A stretch of DNA of 62,272 nucleotides, filler included, from Gonapodya sp. JEL0774 (taxonomy: Eukaryota): NCBI GenBank assembly GCA_027604505.1. It is 18 parts of 18 records of this genome, joined end to end, with 100 filler letters (N's around TTAATTAATTAA, not from the genome) between each part and the next. Parts side by side here need not be neighbours in the genome. Positions count along the whole stretch, not along the records: positions 10,462 to 13,842 come from JADIIX010001321.1; positions 13,943 to 17,319 come from JADIIX010001322.1; positions 17,420 to 20,791 come from JADIIX010001323.1; positions 20,892 to 24,259 come from JADIIX010001324.1; positions 24,360 to 27,724 come from JADIIX010001325.1; 13 more parts are not named here. One strand, 5' to 3'. Made by a program: the position numbers and the translations under genes. Below the pieces are notes generated by a model. The model did not search any database, was not told the DNA's origin, and was given only the letters and a program-made list of their open reading frames with translations. Position 1 is the first letter of the stretch. Every line of letters begins with the position of its first letter. Below, in pieces: positions 13,401-27,824 of the stretch.

Positions 13401-13842
13401 CATCTCGAGGGTTCGCTCCTTTCCAAGCGCCCCATTGAGGTTCTTGTGGGAAAAAAGAATCTCGAAGTGCGGCCGGTGCGTGGTGTTGGTGATGTTTGTT
13501 GCAGTGCAATTTTCGCTAAGAATATGGAGTGTGATTCGCGGACGGTGACAGCTGGCGATTAACAAAGGTCAGATAGTCAAACAACTGCTTGCTAGCCAAA
13601 GCTCCTGCGACTTCGTCGTCTGCGCGGGGGACGACAAGACGGACGAAGGTAAGTTCCAACGGAATCGCGATTCAAGTCTGAAGTGTGCCAGGACTGAGCT
13701 GATACGCCGTCAATCCAGATATGTTCAAAGCGCTCAAGAAAATCGACCAAGCGGAAAGTGAGCTCACCCACGATAACGTCTTCAACATCGTCATCGGCCC
13801 CCCAGAAAAGGTCTCGGCAGCAGCATGGCGACTCACATCCCC
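10462..13842 (+). CDS. TPS2: Trehalose-6-phosphate phosphatase/synthase complex subunit (GT20 + HAD), multi-exon, truncated at both ends
   Basis: WIHDYH, GFFLHAPFPSSELFRCLP, GRDKL, SVRDGMNTTSHEYVICQ, LILSEFTG, FDYDGTLTPIV, SGRD, GLSAEHG, GKKNLEVRP, GDDKTDE|DMF. Confidence 0.95.
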
Positions 13843-14155
13843 NNNNNNNNNNNNNNNNNNNNNNNNNNNNNNNNNNNNNNNNNNNNTTAATTAATTAANN
13901 NNNNNNNNNNNNNNNNNNNNNNNNNNNNNNNNNNNNNNNNNNTCCACCTGATCGTTTGATTCCACATCCATATTTTCCGCGATGATGCCAATCTGCGATG
14001 TGGGAGATGCGGGGTTTCTCGAGGGATTATGGGCGGTGTGTTCGGCACTTGCTTGACCAAAAACTAGTAATTTACGAGAAACTCATACACGCACCCCCAA
14101 TAACGAATACTTCACAAATAACTACTTTCTAAAATTACAGGTGCCGTACACGCCC

Positions 14156-16593
14156 TTAGACTCTACCGGGGGGTACCATGGTACTCTTTCCGACTTCATC
14201 CTGCACTATACTCGCTGGCGAATACTCTCGAGCAAGAACTCTCCCAATAATTGCTCTCGTCACTGCCTCCAATGCGACTTCCACACTTGTGACCACAACA
14301 CCGATTGCAAGCACCCCCAGTGACGCTGGCGGCACCTCTGTCCCAGATGAATCACTGACCGCCCATAAAGGATTCGACACGCCGGGCATGAGCAAGCCAG
14401 CAATGGCCAGAGCCGCAGCTGCGGCGACACGAAGCGCGAACACAACTCCAGCACCCCACGTTCCTATCCGGAGCTCACGTGACGTCGGAACCGCTTCGGG
14501 ATTCCACCCCGCAGCAAGGCTCCACGTTGAGCCGTTCGCACCATCGCTCACGTTGACAGTTGCGTCCGTGCCGTTTACATCCACAACAGGAGTCATCTCG
14601 GCCATTACGGCGCGGCGTCTACCCGCGATTCGTAGCACGACCATGAGACCCGAGCATAGCCATACTATGGACCAGGAAATAAGAACGAATCGGCGGGCAT
14701 CGGTCACCTCTGTGGGTACCGTGGCGGACGATTGCCCGTAATTCCAGTTCAATGGAGCGATCACGGGCGCAGATGGCGGAGTACCATTGGGGAGGGAAGG
14801 TACATAACCAGACAAATTGGCTATCACAGAACCGGGAGACGGTGCGCGAGGAAGAGCTGCAAGACGAACGAGACCAATGGTGGCGACATTGATCCCCGCG
14901 TGAAAAGGCAGATGAAGGAGGTGGAAAAAGGCGGGAAACGCTGAAGTTGTCGAAGGAGGCGAACGGAGGTACACAAAAGCAGTGTTGGACAAAGTGATGA
15001 TGAGAAGGAATGCGGTCCAGTAGTTATACCAGTCAAACCTCTGAAGCGGATTCACAGAAGCGCCCAGTACAGAGACACCTGCGGGAGTGTATTCACGAGA
15101 GCATGAGGGCTGACACTGCCTCAGGTCACCAATTCCGGGGAACTCACATACAACCACGACCGTCATCTTTCTTGATCTACCAACCATGTCACCGATCATC
15201 TCTTTATCCCACCATCCAAGCCTGCCGACCCAGAAAGTCCATCGAGGCCTTCGTCTTCCCCGCTCACGGAACACTTCAGCAAACCCTCCGACAAGGACTC
15301 GACTCAGTTCCACTGCTGATGGCAGCCACCAGTAAGAATATCCATTATTCATTTGCGCAGAGTCTTGGAGGAATGCAATAGACCATACGCCACAGCTAAT
15401 ACCAACCAGACCAGCTTCCGTCACGTCCTGAAGCGCCCGCGTTTTGAAAGAACGGATAAGGTTTATCAATGCCTGAGCACACCGAGCAATAATAACCAGG
15501 GTGAGAAAGTGCTGGGATGTGTCCGTTCTAGGTAGCGCTTGGAATGCGAGGGGAGCAGTAAGGGCGAGACCCAGAGTTACGGAAATTAGAACAAGGTTCA
15601 TGGCGTACGGAAAAAAGCGAGGGATTGTGGTTGCCGAAGGTGGACGGTGAAGGAACCAGGTCCTGAAATCGAAATGCAAGTTTTTGGTTTGGTGAGTTTC
15701 AAGTGCGTGCTGCAGACCACCAAAACTCACATCCAGATCGGCAAGAATAACACCAAAAACCGATTGAATGTTGGTACATCAATATCGTACGTCATAACTT
15801 GGGCTTCGATCAGGTAGAGCGAGAGGTCAGGCAGTGTCAAACAATCCGGACGCCCTCCAACGGCATTCAACATAATTAGCGTACCAGCGCGTGCCATTGC
15901 GAACGCAGTCGTTAAGTCAAGAAACAGTTCGTCGATTCGTTCTATAATCAGAACTGAGGATTGGCTTCCATGCGCTCCTCTTATTTTGCCCGACTGGACC
16001 AAGTTCAAATTGCTGGGGAGGCTCATGAAAGTGAGTGAAGAACTCCTGGGCTGAATCAGCGGTTTCATTTCAGTGATCTTTGAAGGACTCGTTGGTGATG
16101 GCGAGTAGGCGGTGGTAGGAGATTCGATCAACTCTGTTGGTGGCACTGGACCGAGAGGTTGCTTGTTGAAACTAACGGACAAACTAGGTTTTGAACGAGT
16201 ACGGAGACTGGGTTGAGTTGCTTGAGCACTCATTCGATTCGTCGTTTCGGTCCCAGTTGGAAGATTCTCGTTGAAAGATGAATCGCCGACTTTCATTGAA
16301 GTCAAAGATGCAGTTGTCTTCTCATGCCCTTCGAGCTTTACCATCGAGCCAACTGGAACCGACACCCAAGCAGCCGCTGAGGGCCGCCGAGATGATGGCT
16401 TCGAGACATTTGATGTCGTTGAGTCCATGATGGTTATGATAGTCTCCGATGAGACGGGAGAAGTGTGGAAAGATGGGAGTGCGTTCCAATACCACAAGTT
16501 CTTCGTCAAGTCCTGCCGAGATGACGCCGATGGGAGATTTAACGTCGAGTATGATTCGCTTTCCTTTGGGTAGACGCGCCTATGCGAACGCAT
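14156..16593 (-). CDS. LtrA-like (low temperature requirement A) polytopic membrane protein with a long disordered N-terminus
   Basis: DELFLDLTTAFA resembles LtrA ELFFDLVF; FLVLFLPIW; HLLHLPFHAGI; many hydrophobic helices; introns near 15870, 15700 and 15120. Confidence 0.65.
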
Positions 16594-16892
16594 CCATCAT
16601 CTGAAATTGTGAGTGTCCAGATGTGTGATCACGGTTTGGGCTTGTGCCCGAGAATGTGCCACCACCACTTCCATGAACAATATGGCACTCCGCCGAAACC
16701 AGTCCAGACTTCGTGATTCTTGAGAATAAAGAGATGTCAGGCTGGCCGCTCTTCTGTTTCAGCCACGACAGGGACCGACTGGCCGGAAAACAGCGGTGAA
16801 CTTTGTGAAAACTTTCCTTTGAGTCAGGAGGAATACGTGGGCAATATATTATTCGAATGTACAATAATAAGCAAAATGAATGTACACTTTAC

Positions 16893-17319
16893 TCATTTTG
16901 CCGGAGCGATCTTCGTGGCACCGGTACTCCATCGCGTAGGAAACATCTGTGGATGAGTTCTCAGTCAATGCATGGTCTTTTCGCATCCTGACAGAAAAAA
17001 CATCTCACCTGCAACCCGTCAACATTTGCACTATACTTAATGGGCCGGACTGCAGACAAGAATAACTTGATTGGTGTGACGCAAGGAGAAAATGTTGCAG
17101 GATGCACTTACGACGCCGCAAAACCAAAATACGAAGAGCGGTATAGCCCCACATGACGAATCCCCAGCCGATCGGAACCAGCCACATAAGCGGGCTGAGA
17201 TGGTACGACGTCCCGAGGGCAGTATTCATGAAGGGGACATAGACCGCGAACACCGAGAAGGCAAAGGCGAAGAGAACACAAGGGTAGGAATATTTATTTC
17301 TAAGATTGCAAAGAGGACG
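16893..17319 (-). CDS. C-terminus of a P-type cation-transporting ATPase (Na+/K+-ATPase-like / fungal ACU type)
   Basis: Last TM helices FAVYVPFMNTALGT..LMWLVPIGWGFVMWGYTALR; spliced tail PIKYSANVDGLQ|MFPTRWST. Confidence 0.65.
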
Positions 17320-17419
17320 NNNNNNNNNNNNNNNNNNNNNNNNNNNNNNNNNNNNNNNNNNNNTTAATTAATTAANNNNNNNNNNNNNNNNNNNNNNNNN
17401 NNNNNNNNNNNNNNNNNNN

Positions 17420-18797
<1,378 letters not shown>

Positions 18798-19219
18798 TGT
18801 AAATGACGCCGTCTGTTGGAGTTCCCGGCTCAAAAATCAAAAGGTGGAAGCGACGGACGTGGAAAGTTTGGGGGGAAGTCCCGGGCTGGACGTTGACCGT
18901 CAAAATGAACGTGAAACTGGCCCCGCTGCGTTTGAGTTTTGCTTCGGTGTTGGGGAAAGATCGTGAACTCGTTTGCAAGAGCGAGAACAAGCTGGTGACT
19001 GGGGACTACCGCCGGCTGCTGAACGGCGTGGACGTTGACGAGATCCAATATCGGTGACTGCGCACCAGCACAAAGTGGCATGAAACGCACGGACCTCTTA
19101 ATAAGCGACATTTCCACGCATAAAAAGCCGTCTCCCTGACATGCGAGTTGTGTAATATTTTGCTCACTCGATCAAGGATCTTGTGCTTTAATTGGGAAGA
19201 CAACATTGAATAGTTACCC

Positions 19220-20791
19220 TCAAGGCACTCTCTCCACAACCCACACCTCCACTGAAGCACCCCTGCCCCTCTTTCCCCTCCCTTTACTCGTCCATCCAGA
19301 ACCCACTACGACCTTTCGCTTCTTCAACCTCCATTGCGGTTTCACTTCGGGAATTTGTGTCTCGTCAGCAACGCCCAAAGTGGTTTTACTGTCGGTTTGC
19401 AGCGTCCGTCGAGCCTTCATAATCCGGTTCAGCTTCTTCAAAGAATCGGGAAAGGGTATATCTGGCAATGCAGACCAGTGCGAAGCTATGTGCGCCATGA
19501 GCTCTGTTTCACCAGTGAGGAACACTCCCTTTCCCCCGTGTGTATCGTGGCGAGATGGTGGTGCGAGGAGTCGTTTGGTGTGGTAGAAGAGGCGAGGATA
19601 AAGAAGCCAGTTGCCAACGTGAGAGTTGGAACGCGCACCCCAAGGTAAGTCTGTTATTGCGTCGCAAACCGAAAGGATTGTGAGAATCATGATGGGGAGG
19701 TGCTGAAAGAAGTCCGACAGCTTTCACAAGCTTGCACCAACCAGTTACAATGCGATCTACAATCTCATTTCTTAATGGAACAGCTCGCGCGTCCCACAAA
19801 AGTAGTTCCATGGGCAGATCTGCGATCATGTTGTCATGATTTGAAGAACATGAGTGACAAGTGGCGTTACCGAACGTGGGATTTTTCAGGCGCTTATTGA
19901 CTTCTTTCATGTTTCTTGTGCTCACTGCAGCAGCAGATCTGTCGCACTCGCCGGAAAGAAAGAGACCACAGGATATCGCTTGAGAATTCTCTGTGTCGTC
20001 GGTGGAACCACTCGCACGTGTAACATGGAGAGCTGCCTCCAGCGGTAGAGACGCAGTCTTCAATTATCGACGGCAAGTCAATTGGGCACTCTGGCACGCC
20101 AATAGAGTCGAGGTGATCTCACCCCACCACAAGTATCCACCACGATCATCCCTTCATCTACGCCAGCCATCCTCGTCAGACACCTTGCGATCGTAGGACG
20201 AAGGCTTGTTTCTCCCGATTCATGTCTGAAGCGGATATATGGCGTCTCGGGGTGTACAGGTGGTCCAGTTCGAGGTGCTATCGTGACGGGTTCGGAGGGG
20301 GCCGAGAGATCGGAGGGAGACCAAAATGGATATATAGGCAGTGTAATGCACAAGCGGAGACGCATAAATTCCGGGGCTGGCGAAGGGATGTGTGTCGCCA
20401 TTGGGTGATACGGTCGAGGAAATTGGACTCGATTTTGGTTTGGCCGCTCATCGGCACTGTCCAAGAGTACAGGAACAAACCACGACTCCGGCAGTCCTTG
20501 GTGGTACTCCAGTCCTCCTGCTTCCGCGTCCACCGAGGGAAGCACAACCCCCAGTACTTCCATATCCCAATTTTTGAGTGCCGTTACGAGACTCATTTTC
20601 TGTCCACCAAGAGTGAATCTGTCGCGTTCCAACCTCTCCACAACACCTTCTCCGATACCACCACTAGCATTTTGGGCTGCGAATCCGGGGTCCTCAAAGC
20701 ACCTCTTTAGAACGGTGGCACGGTACGGCATCGGATTTGGAATTCCCCGGCCCAGGTTTGTCGCTGGTTCCAGCAGAGGGTATGTTGTGTT
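19220..20791 (-). CDS. THUMP-domain RNA guanine-N2 methyltransferase (THUMPD2/3-like, UPF0020), 5'-truncated
   Basis: TSLRPTIARCLTRMA..VVDTCGG|TASLPLEAA, LLWDARAVPLR, DAITDLPWGAR, LYPRL. Confidence 0.8.
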
Positions 20792-20891
20792 NNNNNNNNN
20801 NNNNNNNNNNNNNNNNNNNNNNNNNNNNNNNNNNNTTAATTAATTAANNNNNNNNNNNNNNNNNNNNNNNNNNNNNNNNNNNNNNNNNNNN

Positions 20892-21175
20892 CAGCACGAC
20901 TGGGAATGAAGATGAAAATGGACTCCAGGGGACTTTTGGAGCAGGGATCCGCTCAAGCGACACGAGGGGCAGAGGATGACCGGGAGGGCACATCAGCTCG
21001 TGTCACACAGAAAGAGACCATTTCTGTCACTTCACCACCTCCACGCGGCGTTTCTGATGAAAGATTACAGAGACTGTTAGAGACGGGCTTTGAATGGGCA
21101 GGTGCTGGTGGTGCTATTCCCCTCAATGAGGCCGTAACTGACGTTCACCACCTGCGAACTGATAAGTCCCGCTGA
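20892..21175 (+). CDS. 3' end of an unidentified gene
   Basis: Open frame from near the contig edge to TGA at 21175, followed by an AT-rich 3'-UTR-like stretch. Confidence 0.4.
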
Positions 21176-21317
21176 GAGCTTACAAAGTGAGATTTGTACC
21201 GAATTACTTGGTTAAAACTACGCACGTTATATTTTACTGTAAATTGCAGATAATTCATGGTGTTCATATCAGTATGTACAAAAGTTCGCATCTCACCACA
21301 TTTCACCTCATCGGAGG

Positions 21318-22957
21318 ATGGCTGACCTGATCCCAGAGATTTTTCATGAGAAACAGGTACTGCTTCACGATTGTCCTAGAGCCGTGACCGTGTCATCGAT
21401 TGAGATCGCACTTTCGATCACTCTGTCAAAACATCGTTGTGTTTCCAACCGCGGCCATCCTCCTAACGGGCGTCCCCTGATGCCTCCAACGAATGCATGC
21501 GACATGAACCTAGGAAGGATCACTCTGGTGAGTGGTCCATTTGTTCTCCTGGTCGCTGATGTTCCAACGATATGTCTGCATAATTCGCAGCGCGCAGCAT
21601 GCCTTGAACAGCCTGCTTCAAGGTGCCTACTTCTCTGCTGTAGACTTAGCCACCATAGCTCAAGAACTGGATCGTAGGGAGCGTGCAGCACTCCGGGAGT
21701 CAGGTGCAACCGACGAAGATGTTGCTGCGTTCGAAGGGGGCGGCTCAAACAACTATGACGACTCGGGCTTCTTCAGCGTGCAAGTGATCGAAGAAGCACT
21801 CCAAGTATGGGGTCTCTCTCTCCTGCCGATTGATGCGAGGGAGATCAGAGATGCACCTAATCATGACCCACTGTACGTTTCTGGAGCAAAATCCCCCCTC
21901 CCTACATATTCTTGATTTATGTAACGCATTCTGACGACCCCACCAAGTTTGGAACACGCGATCATATGCAACCTCCAGGAGCATTGGTTCACACTTCGTC
22001 GCTTCGGTTCCAGTTGTTATCGTTGGTACAACTTGAACAGCCTGTGAGCACGCTCCGCCACTGGTTCCGAGAGATTGCGTCGAACTCATCTGATGTGATT
22101 GTAGATTTTCCGCTCCTACTTGGATCTCCCCAACCTATCTCTCACTTTTCCTTGCCCAGCTCCGTGAAGAAGGGTATTCAATGTGGCCGATACGTGGTGC
22201 TATACCACCATGTGAGGCTGATGCTGTTGCCGATACACTTCCTCAACCTGATCCGGGCGTGGAGGCCGCATTGGCTACCTCCGCCAATCCCTCAAAGAGT
22301 TCCCTCCCAACCAAGAAGTCGAGGACACTTGCCGTGGAAGATGCGGAGTACGAGCGTGCCGTGGCCGCTTCCCTTGCTGCTCACGGTAGTATGCAGTTTG
22401 ATATGGACGTTGATCCGGCCGAGGATCCAGAACTTGCGGCTGCATTGAGGATGTCTTTGGGATCAGCACCCGGCTTTGCGAGCAGTGGCGGCTCTTCTTC
22501 GTCGAACCCCGCTGCCACGGACGATGACGAATCATTGCGTGCTGCCTTGAAAGCTAGCCTTGAAGACGGTGGTGCTGAATCAAAGTCCGTTCAACGTGCG
22601 TTGGAAGAGTCGAGGAAGGCTGCTGGCCTACCTCCACACCTAGATGGAGCCAATTTGGCCGTAGCTGGGACTGCGCTCAGAAAGCGAACAGGGCGGGATG
22701 ACGAAGAGGAGGCATTGGCAGCCGCATTGAAAGCGAGCTTAGACGAAGCGAGCGCACCAGCCCAAGCAAGTGCACCTCCAGAAGCTCGCCTAACAGTAAC
22801 AGCGTCAGATCCACCAGTACAAGACTCACCAGTGGTTGCAGCACCGGTGGGATCATCCAGGGCCGGGCACGCACCCACAGTCCCTCCCAGTGAAGTCTCA
22901 TCAGACGAAATGCGGAGAAGGCGGTTGGAGCGCTTTGCTTCGTCAGCACCACGATGA
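21318..22957 (+). CDS. ATXN3: Ataxin-3-like Josephin deubiquitinase with UIM repeats
   Basis: IFHEKQ|EGSLC|AQHALNSLLQG, NYDDSGFFSVQVIEEAL, CNLQEHWFTLRRF, WYNLNS; several UIM-like helices; terminal EMRRRRLERF. Confidence 0.92.
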
Positions 22958-23090
22958 GAATGTCAATGGATAGTTCGCAGATAGGAACAACGAAATATCA
23001 ATGTCAATATGATGCGATTATGTTATATGTACAATCGTATTGTGGTTGATCCAGAAGAGCCACTAATTCTTTGGGAAAGGTTCTGGACCC

Positions 23091-24259
23091 TCAAGTCAGA
23101 CTCAATGTCGTTCTAACAAGTCCACCTCTAAACAAACTCATGGGCATCGACACTTTTTGCATCCTGCGGTAAGCCTCTTGAACGTGCGCAGGCTCGAGGG
23201 GTTTCTCCTGCTCCGGTGGAGCTTGAAACGGGCCATCTTCCTTTCCGTTCCCCGTTGATCCTGATCCGGTAGCAGCAGCATTCCACTCTTTTCGCACAGT
23301 TTGTGCGGTCTCTGTAATTCGTGCAACGGCCTCATGTGCAAGGAATCCCAGGATATCCACCACCTCAGGAGATCTGCCATCATTAAGAGCGGTGAGACCA
23401 GCCCAGTCGCGGAATCGCTTGAGTTTCTTGTAGGTAAAAGATGCTTGACGGCATTCAGAGTAGTACATGTACTGAGAGGCGACCGTGAAACCGTTAGGGG
23501 GCATTTCTCAAGGTGTACTCGAAAAACTGGGCAGTTCACGAACCTCCTCCTGCGTCATCACCTTGGTCATATCATCCGCTTTCTTCAGTCTCGCAATCTG
23601 CTCTTCGTACGCTTGCAGCATGTCCTCGTCGTCCTCATCCTCGTCTTCACCGAGAACATCTTGGTACGGTCCAAGAAGATCCCACGAAAACTTCACCCGG
23701 CGTTTACGAAACGAGGGCACGGGAGCCGAGGCTGACGGTCCAGCACCAGTCTCTTCCCCACCGCCTGCTCCAAAGTCTGCCGCATTGGGGTCGACCGATG
23801 ACGAAGTGTCCTTTGCATTCTTTCGCACGTCCTTGAAACCGAGGTACGCCCGGATTCGGGATACTTTTGCCCGATCATGTCGCACCAAAAACACAATGTC
23901 TTCAACAGAAAGAGCTCGACCGCCACGACGATGTGTTTGGATGAGAGCTTGACGCACGGTCGACACAATTTGAGACCGCACGATGGACTCAATGAGGCGA
24001 ACGGTTTCAGGATTCGGGTCCCTACCACCGCGCGTTAATGAAGACAGGGAAGATGCATCAATGGTGCCTTCATCAGGGCTAACTCTTCGGGGTTGGGGGG
24101 ACTCACCCGGTTTCTCCAAACACGAACATCATTTGGTTGATTTCCTGAATGAATCTGAGAAAGAAGGTGGCACCAAGAAGATCAGCAAACAGCCTGCCAT
24201 CGCGCTTTGATGACGTACTTGTAGCCCCGGTCCGCTGGTGCAGGCACTTGAGCTTGCAT
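23091..24259 (-). CDS. SPT3: SAGA complex histone-fold subunit Spt3
   Basis: EINQMMFVFGE, VEDIVFLVRHDRAKVSRI, RLKKADDMTKVMTQEE|YMYYSECRQASFTYKK..RFRDW, DILGFLAHE. Confidence 0.93.
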
Positions 24260-24359
24260 NNNNNNNNNNNNNNNNNNNNNNNNNNNNNNNNNNNNNNNNN
24301 NNNTTAATTAATTAANNNNNNNNNNNNNNNNNNNNNNNNNNNNNNNNNNNNNNNNNNNN

Positions 24360-25511
24360 TTGGTGCCGAGCCCAGACTTGACCCATACATCTGTCCAGAC
24401 CATTCCAATCGCCACGTTGACCATCCGTATTTTGGAAAAGCGACGGAAGCTTTGAGAGTAGATCGCGATACTGTGTGCAAGGTACATCAAGGCGCTCTTG
24501 CTGATTCCGTATGCCGGGTCAGGGTGGAGAAAGTGCCCGGCGATCGAACCACTCAAAAGGACTACACCAGGACGGGAATTGCTCGTCCAGTACGTCATAG
24601 CTACCCGAAGTACAATTTCACAGAGAGAGTGGTTCACTCATGGGGAGCTGGTGTGCTCGCTCATTGCATTAATCTCACCGATTCGCGTAGCCAGCATCAC
24701 CCCGACTGATCAACACGGGCGAAAGTTAACGGGAGCTTCCAGTGATAACGCACAGTAGTGGGATGGCCCACTCACTCAAGTTGATTTGGAGTGTCTGTAT
24801 CCATCTGTCCTGACCTTGAGTCACATCCAATGAGAACGGAAGGCCGCCAACGCCAGCATTGTTTACCCTGCACGCAAATTCAGTATACAAGAATATCGCG
24901 GATGAGCGATCACTGGCCTAGGGTGCAGGCAAGAGAGACGCGGTGGGCGGAACTCACAAGCCATCATAACCTCCAAACTTATCGATGGCAAGCTTGAACA
25001 TAGCTTCCAGATCTGATTTCTTTGATGTGTCTGTAGAGATGAAATGAAAATCGTCTGGCCGGCCATAACTATCAATCGGATGTTGGAAAGTCCTCTTAGA
25101 GTTGATCGCTCCAACCGAAGAGTTCTGCTCTCATACGCACGCTTTACGCAGCTCCGACTCCAATTTGTTACCATCCGATACGTTGCGGTTTGCAAGAATC
25201 AGTTTGGCGCCCTTCTTCGCCAAACGATGGGATATCTGTCATTGAATATAAAGTCCAGCGATTCCACGGGCAGGTCCATAGGTCAGTGAATGATGCCGGG
25301 AGAAAGACACACGGAAGACGACTCACTGCTGCGCCGATACCAGTTGAAGCGCCTATCGAGAGCGTGGGTCATTCGGTTTTAGTGACGGAAACCGGATTCC
25401 ATGTGGGCCATCATTCCGAATCAAACCGACGATTGAGGTCTCTGGTACGAGTGTCGAGAAAAAGGGAATTTACTGACCCGTGATGATGTAGACTTTTCCT
25501 TCTACGGACAT
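24360..25511 (-). CDS. Short-chain dehydrogenase/reductase, multi-exon, 3'-truncated
   Basis: MSVEGKVYIITG|ASTGIG (Rossmann), VNNAGV, LQINL, SGSIAG, catalytic YGISK. Confidence 0.9.
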
Positions 25512-25552
25512 GTTCGGAAAGATTTGATTATATTTGATATTTCTCGGGTTGA

Positions 25553-27724
25553 TCAAATCCGACGCAGCCTGATCACCTTTGCCCGCCCACATTCTCTACA
25601 GAGTTCCGGGTCGTTGGCCAGTAAGACTTGTTTCAGTATTGTACTTCTACATGATACGTGGATGCAATTTTCTTATCAGAAGTCCTTACCGCTCGCAATC
25701 ACCTGCGCATTCCGCCATCCCACACCGCGCACACTCTCCGTGACACTCGGCCCTCGAGTGTCCTTTCATAAAGCATTTGTCACACCTCACGGGTCCCTTC
25801 AAAGGAGTCGCTGAACCACGATTCGCAGACCAGGGAGCCTTCTTCCCATTCCCTACTGGCGCACTCCTCGACTCGCTACCGGGTGCACCCGCACGCTCTG
25901 CGAGCGCACGTAAGCGAGCCTCCGCCTCCTTCGCTGCCAAGTCCCTAGCATCTGCGCGGCGCTCGGCCTCGAGTCTAAGCTCTCGTTCCCTTTGAAGTTC
26001 CGACTCAGCGGTGAATGCTCGCTGTTCCAGAGCGGAGACAACCTGCTGGAGTTGGTACATTTGCTGTTGGAGCTGTGGGAGTGACTGGAGCTGTGTGAGG
26101 AGCTGAGAACGTTCGGTCATCAATCGTAGAGCCATCACCCGGAAGTCTGAGGAATCCCCCGTCGAAGGTGCCGTCGTTATTGAAGTTGGTTGCGTGCGAA
26201 TCGAGGGCACTTCGTCCGCAGGAGCCGCAGCTGAGGCAGGTCTTATGTTCACTGGACGTATGTCTTCTTCGTCAGTGGTGAAGCCCGCGTCGCCGTGCTC
26301 TTCGTCATCAATTCTGGCTTCCTGTGAGTCCGTCCGACTACTGGGATATTCAACAGACTGCACAGAAGCTTCCTGCAAATGCTTTATCTCCGCCTGTGAC
26401 TGAGTAGATGTGGTACCATTTCCTCGGCCCGACTTTTTCGACGAGGCAGATTGACCAGAAACAGAGAGGCCTCGCTTCTCCGCCTCTTTCACGAAAGCCT
26501 CTGCGAGGATGCTTCCGACTACCTTTCGCCCGAGCTCGAGTCCCATTCGGTACTCGCTCAGGATCGCTGTTTGTACGTCAACAATGTCTTTCACTCGAGG
26601 TGTGGCGAAAAAGGTCCTGTACTGTGCTCCCACTAGTTGACTTTCCTTGGCGAGGGTAACCCGGACGAATGGGGTGACTTCCTCTTCCAGTAGCGTTTTG
26701 GCAAGCTCCATACTCCCTCCCAGTACTCTCGATATTGCTTCCACGATTTGCTTACGAGAGTGGGCGACACGAGCTTCGAGCTTCTTCCAACGCTTGCGAT
26801 ACTCCTTGTTCGAAAGTCTCTCCAGACGGCCTTTCAACGGAGTAGCGGGAGACATGGCGACGAAAGAGGTATAGTGGGACGAGAGTTGGTCGAGGTCGGT
26901 GAGAAGAGTGTCGAGGGCGAGTGAAGAAGTGATTGCGGCGTGAGACCTGGCGAGCTCGGTACGCAGACGGGACGAAATATTAGATTTGGCCTTGGAGAGA
27001 TCAGATTCGATGGAAGGGATCGAGTCCACGAGACTTGTAGCATTTTCGAGGAACGCAGATGATGCGCTCGCCTTGAATTTCTCCAGAGAGGTTTTGGTTG
27101 ATGAAATGTACGTGGCAAAGACGGCATCGAGTGTTCCCCGCTGTGAGCGATGCATTGTCAGTGGGGGTCATCAAATATACGCAAAGAGCAATAGTACATC
27201 TTACGCACATCTGAGTCTGCTTTGAATTTCCCTTCGACATGGGCAGTCCACATATCCTCGAATGTCTTCATCTCGAGCCCGCCAAACTCCAGCGACTTTG
27301 GCAAGCCCTTCCTCACCCATTCCTTCTTTTTGGCATTCCATGACTCTACGTCCACCAGAAATGTCTTCAAAGGCGCCCACAGTGGTTGAATCCGACTGGC
27401 GAGGGATGACTCGAACTCGTTCTGAAGTCTCTCGAGCGACTCGTTCACACTGGACCGCGCGAGTTCGAGGGAGGCTGGCGACCGAAGTCCAGATGTCGAC
27501 TTTGGTACTGTTGAGTTAAGCTTGGCTGGCTTGAGTAGGTGAGCGTCCTCCAGCTTCAGACCGAAGTTGGTTTTGTCCACCGTCACTGCAGCGAGGAGCA
27601 CTTCCACAGGGATGCGAATCCCAGAAGACTCGTTCCCGTCAGATGCATCCAATACAGAGAGCGGGAAAGCGACATAGGCGAAAGCATCCTGTTCGGGTCG
27701 CCCGGCTGCGTCGAGATTGAGGAA
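25553..27724 (-). CDS. Coiled-coil protein with a C-terminal CCHC zinc knuckle and extra Cys cluster, 5'-truncated
   Basis: ORFs 27158-27652 and 25686-27155 joined by an intron; long heptad region; CDKCFMKGHSRAEC (C-x2-C-x4-H-x4-C). Probable last exon ECGRAKVIRLRRI*. Confidence 0.7.
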
Positions 27725-27824
27725 NNNNNNNNNNNNNNNNNNNNNNNNNNNNNNNNNNNNNNNNNNNNTTAATTAATTAANNNNNNNNNNNNNNNNNNNN
27801 NNNNNNNNNNNNNNNNNNNNNNNN

